A DNA stretch of 64,000 nt from Acidimicrobiia bacterium (GTDB taxonomy: Bacteria; Actinomycetota; Acidimicrobiia; Spongiisociales; Spongiisociaceae), in contig WTGI01000077.1 in assembly GCA_011523635.1 (NCBI GenBank), positions 1,006-65,005 on the forward strand, written 5' to 3'. How positions within the stretch are numbered: position 1 is the stretch's first letter; every line of letters begins with the position of its first letter. A model generated the notes under the pieces. That model was not told the origin of the DNA, searched no databases, and was given only the letters and a program-made list of their open reading frames with translations. Of the stretch, positions 60,204 through 64,000 are shown piece after piece. Made by a program: the position numbers and the translations under genes.

Positions 60204-61064
60204 CTACTGCTTCTGGATGTCCTCGAAATCCAGTTCCATCGGCGTGTCCCGGCCGAAGATCTCGACCAGCACGGTGACTTTTTGCTGGTCGACGTTGATG
60301 TTCTCCACCACGCCGTTGAAGTCGGCGAAGGGTCCCTTCGACACCCGCACCGTCTCTCCGATCTCCCACGCCGGGCGGAACCTCGGGGCCTTCTTGGCCG
60401 CCTCTCTCTTGAGACCGAGGAAACGCTCCACCTCGCGGCGCGACAAGGGGGTGGGCTGGAATCCGCCTCCCATCCCGCTACCCACGAACGAGGTGACTCC
60501 GGGGGTATTCCGCACCACGTTGAAGGTATGGGTGTCGTCGTACATCCGGATCAGGAGGTAGCCGGGGAACATGCGCCGCTCCACCTCGACCTTGCGGCCC
60601 CCCTTGATCTCGACCACCTTCTCGGTGGGGATGACCACCTCGAAGATGCTCCCCTCCAGGTGCTGGGAGGTCTTGAGGGTGTCGAGGTTGGCGCGAACCT
60701 TCTTCTCGTGACCTGAATAGGCATGGATCACGTACCAGGACCCGCGCTTGTCGTAGGGGCTGATCGGATCCTCCTCCACCAACTCGGGAACCAGTTCCTG
60801 AGTGGCGGCGGTCTTGGCTCCGTCCGCCGGAGTCTTCGCAACCGGCGCCTTCAGCTCGGGCTCGGGCGGGGTCTCGGTCTCCGCAACCTCCGGGCGGGGG
60901 GCTTCCTCGGGGGGTTCCGGCTCGTTCTCATCACGGGATCCATCGGCCAGGAAGCCCGCACTCAGGAAAGCCGCTCCCAGCGAACCGAGCGACGATGCCT
61001 CGCGATCTCCCTGCTCGGCGGGAGCTTCATCCTGCTGCGTTGCTGCCCGTTCCGCCATGATCAA
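60204..61064 (-). CDS. nusG: transcription termination/antitermination factor NusG with acidic/Pro-rich N-terminal extension
   Basis: NGN domain (WYVIHAYSGHEKKV) and KOW (...VRVSKGPFADFNGVVENINVDQQKVTVLVEIFGR...). Confidence 0.85.
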   Translation of the reverse strand: MIMAERAATQQDEAPAEQGDREASSLGSLGAAFLSAGFLADGSRDENEPEPPEEAPRPEVAETETPPEPELKAPVAKTPADGAKTAATQELVPELVEEDPISPYDKRGSWYVIHAYSGHEKKVRANLDTLKTSQHLEGSIFEVVIPTEKVVEIKGGRKVEVERRMFPGYLLIRMYDDTHTFNVVRNTPGVTSFVGSGMGGGFQPTPLSRREVERFLGLKREAAKKAPRFRPAWEIGETVRVSKGPFADFNGVVENINVDQQKVTVLVEIFGRDTPMELDFEDIQKQ

Positions 61065-61375
61065 CCTGTCAGGGCTCTGATCCCGGCCAGGACCGATCGG
61101 CTGAGGGCCAGGTCCACCAGGAATACGTAACCCGTCAGAACGCCGGTCGTGATGACGGTCACGGTAGTGAATGCGATCATCTGCCGCCGGTTTGGCCAGT
61201 TGACGCGGCTCAACTCCACCCGCACCTCGCGCAGGAACTGGACCAGCCGGCCCCAGCGACCGGCCACCGACCCGTCGCCACCCGGCGCACCCGCAATCGG
61301 CGAACGACGCCGGTCACCCTGCTGTTTGTTGCGCCGCTCTTCCCGCTCGGCCATGCGACGCATCTCGCGGTTCAT
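61061..61375 (-). CDS. secE: preprotein translocase subunit SecE
   Basis: C-terminal TM helix plus ...LVQFLREVRVELSRVNWPNRRQMIAFTTVTVI.... Start set at ATG 61375 because the longer ORF would overlap tRNA-Trp. Confidence 0.75.
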   Translation of the reverse strand: MNREMRRMAEREERRNKQQGDRRRSPIAGAPGGDGSVAGRWGRLVQFLREVRVELSRVNWPNRRQMIAFTTVTVITTGVLTGYVFLVDLALSRSVLAGIRALTG

Positions 61376-61433
61376 TTTTCTGCTGCCTTTTGTTGTGGAT
61401 ACTGCGACGAGAGCCGCAGTGAACGAGTCGAGC

Positions 61434-61509
61434 AGGGGCGGAGGGACTCGAACCCCCAACCTCCGGTTTTGGAGACCGGCGCTCTAACCAACTTCGAGCT
61501 ACGCCCCTC
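61434..61509 (-). tRNA. tRNA-Trp (anticodon CCA)
   Basis: aggggcgtagctcgaagttggttagagcgccggtctCCAaaaccggaggttgggggttcgagtccctccgcccctg. Acceptor aggggcg/cgcccct, anticodon loop ctCCAaa. Conserved position upstream of secE. Confidence 0.9.
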
Positions 61510-61606
61510 GGCTGCCGCAGGGAGTATACGAACAGGTCTGCCCTAGTTTAGACACCTCACGACCCGGTCCGGTCGTCGCGGCCGCTTCCAGCCTTTGGGT
61601 CGGCTC

Positions 61607-62002
61607 CTAGATATCGGGTGATCTCATCCGGCGGGCCAGCACCACCACGCCTATGGCGGCGATCGAAACCGCCGACGCCACGGCGGTTGTGGTTCTTCGA
61701 TTGGTGGATCTGCGTTGTGCCGAGGGGTGGTCGGTGCCCACCTCGGCCGGATACTCCAGGCCGGCCGTCATGTCGTATGGCACCGGCTCGACCTCGGTTC
61801 GCAGCGCGCCCAACTCGGCCAGCATCCTCCGCTGGCGGGCGGTGGCCGCCTGGCAGGACAGGCATCCCCTCCGATGTCGCTCCATCACCGGAGGCAGGTC
61901 TATCCCGCCCGACTCGGCGCCGTGGAGCACGAGCCGGGTCAGACCGCAGGTGGCGACCCGCGGGACGCGATCGAGGCCGGCTCGGTTCACCAGGCGGCTC
62001 AA
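61607..62002 (-). CDS. zinc-dependent anti-sigma factor (ZAS family, single TM)
   Basis: HxxxCxxC motif (HRRGCLSCQ) and C-terminal TM helix. 4-nt overlap with the ECF sigma gene. Confidence 0.55.
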   Translation of the reverse strand: MSRLVNRAGLDRVPRVATCGLTRLVLHGAESGGIDLPPVMERHRRGCLSCQAATARQRRMLAELGALRTEVEPVPYDMTAGLEYPAEVGTDHPSAQRRSTNRRTTTAVASAVSIAAIGVVVLARRMRSPDI

Positions 62003-62562
62003 TTCGCCTCCTTCAGCAGCTCCCGCAACCGGAGATGAGCGCGGTGCAGCCGCACCTTGGAGGCGGTCACCGAAATCGACAGCGCTTCGGAGATCTCCTT
62101 GTGTGACCAGCCGTAGACGTCCTTCAGGATCACCACGGTGCGCTGGGACAGCGCCAGCTCTGCGAGCGCCGCACTGAGCCGGGCGCGCAGCTCGGTCCGC
62201 TCCCCCGCCACCTCGGGATTGCCGCGGTCGCTCGCCTGGGGTTGGACGATCATGGCGTCGAGCTGGTAGGTGCGCTGGCGAGCCGCCCGTCCCTTGAGCG
62301 TCCAGGCGACGTTGGCCGTGATCCGGTACAGCCAGGTGGAGAAGCTCGAATCACCCCGGAAACGCCCGATGGCCCTCCACGCCCGGATCAGCGCCTCCTG
62401 GGTGACGTCGGCAGCCAGGGTTCGATCACCGACCAACCGGACGGCCAGCGTGTAGACCTCGTGTTGATGGAGCCGGGCCAGCTCTCCGAAGGCATCCCGG
62501 TCGCCCTTGCGCGACCGGTCCACCAACTCGAGCACATCGGATTCGAACCGGCGGTCCTGCAC
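61999..62562 (-). CDS. ECF-type RNA polymerase sigma-70 factor
   Basis: Sigma-70 region 2 (...HQHEVYTLAVRLVGDRTLAADVTQEALIRAW...) and region 4 (...VVILKDVYGWSHKEISEALSISVTASKVRLHRA...). GTG start 62562 chosen to avoid overlap with MaoC. Confidence 0.8.
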   Translation of the reverse strand: MQDRRFESDVLELVDRSRKGDRDAFGELARLHQHEVYTLAVRLVGDRTLAADVTQEALIRAWRAIGRFRGDSSFSTWLYRITANVAWTLKGRAARQRTYQLDAMIVQPQASDRGNPEVAGERTELRARLSAALAELALSQRTVVILKDVYGWSHKEISEALSISVTASKVRLHRAHLRLRELLKEAN

Positions 62563-62566
62563 CCTC

Positions 62567-63448
62567 CTACCCGCTCCTGTCGGCTGCCTGCATCTCGATG
62601 CTAGCCGAGACGTGATCCCCCGCTTCGGACGAAACCTTCGAACTGAGGACGGTCCGCCGCTCATCCCGATCCTTCACCATGGTGGTGACCAGGGCAGCCT
62701 GGTCGGGATACAGGGGCCGACGGAACCGGAAACGGGCCCTGGCCAGAGGGTGGGGCCCCGGCGAGGATGCAGCGGCCGGCTGGGTGGCCCAGGCGGCCAT
62801 CAGCAGGCCGTGGCAGATGACACCGCCCACTCCCGACTCGACCCCCCGCAGGTGGTCCCAGTGGACGGGGTTGAAGTCCTCGCTGGCAGCGGCGTACCGC
62901 ACCAGGTCGATCCGGGAGGCCGACTTGGCCAGCGGCGTGAGGGATTCGCCCACGGCGGGCAGGGGCTCCGCCCGGGGAACGGAGTTGGCCCGGCGCGCCT
63001 CCGCCGCCGGCTCGGAACGCTCGGAAGCAGTCCCTCCGGGTGGACTCTCCGGGGACATGAGGAACAACGAACGTGACGACAGCACCGTCCGGCCCGCGGA
63101 GTCGACGACTTCGGCGCCGAAGGTGACGAAGGCGGTGCCGGCCCGCTCCCGGAGGCGGTCGACCCGGGCCGTGATGGCCAGGTCGGCGCCGATCCTCCAG
63201 GGCCGGCGCCAGATGAATGTCTGCTCACCGTGGATGAGCAGGCGGGCATGGGATGCCACGTTCGGATCGCCCAGGAAGGAGGTGGCCACCTTGAAGAGAA
63301 CCGCCCCCGCGAACGAGGGCGGAGCATGGGAGTGCCAGCGCTCCGGATCGTCGCCGCACGCCGCCACGTATGCGGCCGCCTGGGCCCTGGTGACCCCGAA
63401 CCGCGACGGCCCGTAGGTGCGACCGGCCAGGTCCCCCAGGCCCGTCAT
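62567..63448 (-). CDS. MaoC-like (R)-hydratase/dehydratase, tandem hot-dog (HadAB-like position between rpmG and tRNA-Trp/secE)
   Basis: ...ASEDFNPVHWD... MaoC motif. Start ATG 63448 (MTGLGDLAGRTYGPS). Confidence 0.75.
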   Translation of the reverse strand: MTGLGDLAGRTYGPSRFGVTRAQAAAYVAACGDDPERWHSHAPPSFAGAVLFKVATSFLGDPNVASHARLLIHGEQTFIWRRPWRIGADLAITARVDRLRERAGTAFVTFGAEVVDSAGRTVLSSRSLFLMSPESPPGGTASERSEPAAEARRANSVPRAEPLPAVGESLTPLAKSASRIDLVRYAAASEDFNPVHWDHLRGVESGVGGVICHGLLMAAWATQPAAASSPGPHPLARARFRFRRPLYPDQAALVTTMVKDRDERRTVLSSKVSSEAGDHVSASIEMQAADRSG

Positions 63449-63459
63449 ATCTTTATGGC

Positions 63460-63642
63460 CTACCGAGTTTCGCGGTGCAGCGTGTGGCGCCGCAGGAAGG
63501 GGTTGTACTTCCTGAGCTCGAGCCGTCCGGTGGTATTGGTCCGGTTCTTGGTGGTGATGTAACGCGACGGGGGCTTTCCCTCGGCCCTCGCCTCGGTGCA
63601 CTCAAGGGTGATCTTGATGCGGCTTCCCTTTTTCTTGGCCAT
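63460..63642 (-). CDS. rpmG: 50S ribosomal protein L33
   Basis: [18 protein letters not shown]...[32 protein letters not shown]. Confidence 0.85.
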   Translation of the reverse strand: MAKKKGSRIKITLECTEARAEGKPPSRYITTKNRTNTTGRLELRKYNPFLRRHTLHRETR

Positions 63643-63684
63643 GGCGGCCCTCCCGCTGTCCGGTTCTCCGACCTGGTTCTCTGG

Positions 63685-64000
63685 TTATTCGATGATTTTG
63701 GTGACGGTGCCTGCTCCTACGGTGCGTCCGCCTTCTCGGATAGCGAAGCGGAGGCCTTCGTCCATAGCGATGGCGGAGCCCAGTTGGACCGTCATGGTGG
63801 TGTTGTCGCCGGGCATGACCATCTCCACCCCGTGGGGGAGGGTGACGGTGCCCGTCACGTCGGTGGTACGGAAGTAGAACTGGGGTTGGTAGCCCGAAAA
63901 GAACGGGTTGTGCCGCCCTCCCTCGTCCTTAGTAAGCACATAGACTTGTGCTTCGAAGCCCGTGTGGGGGGTGATCGACCCCGGTGTGGCCAGCACCTGG
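63685..64000 (-). CDS. tuf: elongation factor Tu, C-terminal part (gene continues beyond window end)
   Basis: ...[38 protein letters not shown]...[15 protein letters not shown] (domain III). Confidence 0.85.
   Translation of the reverse strand, partial: QVLATPGSITPHTGFEAQVYVLTKDEGGRHNPFFSGYQPQFYFRTTDVTGTVTLPHGVEMVMPGDNTTMTVQLGSAIAMDEGLRFAIREGGRTVGAGTVTKIIE

Noticed and set aside
1-64000. CRISPR arrays and rRNA genes
   Set aside because: No regularly spaced 25-40 nt direct repeats with unique spacers, and no rRNA-like conserved stretches, were seen anywhere in the window.

Overview
High-GC window with Actinomycetota-like core gene order (dnaK-grpE-dnaJ-hspR; rpmG / MaoC(hadAB-like) / tRNA-Trp / secE / nusG / rplKAJL / rpoBC).

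The left third (~270-21,300) is an accessory defence island next to a tRNA-Met gene, read from the start of the window:
- A DUF433/DUF5615 toxin-antitoxin-like pair.
- An XRE-HTH repressor plus ImmA/IrrE metallopeptidase pair (CapH/CapP-like). Its promoter shares a TTAGCTAA operator with the promoter of the next operon.
- A compact operon encoding a multiubiquitin-domain Ubl, an N-terminal-domain/E1 (ThiF) fusion and a Cys-rich DUF6527 protein. This looks like a bacterial ubiquitin-like conjugation system (Bub/6E-like).
- A five-gene cluster on the minus strand: NYN protein / HTH-N6-MTase-TRD fusion / HsdM / HsdS / HsdR.
- A ~7.2 kb element bounded by a 44-48 nt direct repeat of the tRNA-Met 3' end. 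It has no integrase and carries a co-directional four-gene cargo: DUF4365-HEAT protein, Zn-ribbon protein, J-domain protein and a HEPN (TIGR02391, Rx4H) protein.

The remainder is core chromosome: usp, mscS, dxs, an amino-acid ABC transporter, SPFH/NfeD, menB, metXY, recR, dnaX, dgt-like, manC, the ribosomal/RNAP cluster, ECF sigma/anti-sigma, MaoC, rpmG and the tuf 3' end.

Other observations:
- A candidate selenoprotein (in-frame TGA, UxxC) translationally coupled to menB.
- A 483-nt intragenic tandem duplication in an ABC permease.
- A CTAG-rich heptamer repeat family at convergent intergenic sites.
- An AT-rich patch inside a hydrolase gene.

No rRNA or CRISPR array is present. Many long antisense ORFs in the track are GC-rich artefacts.
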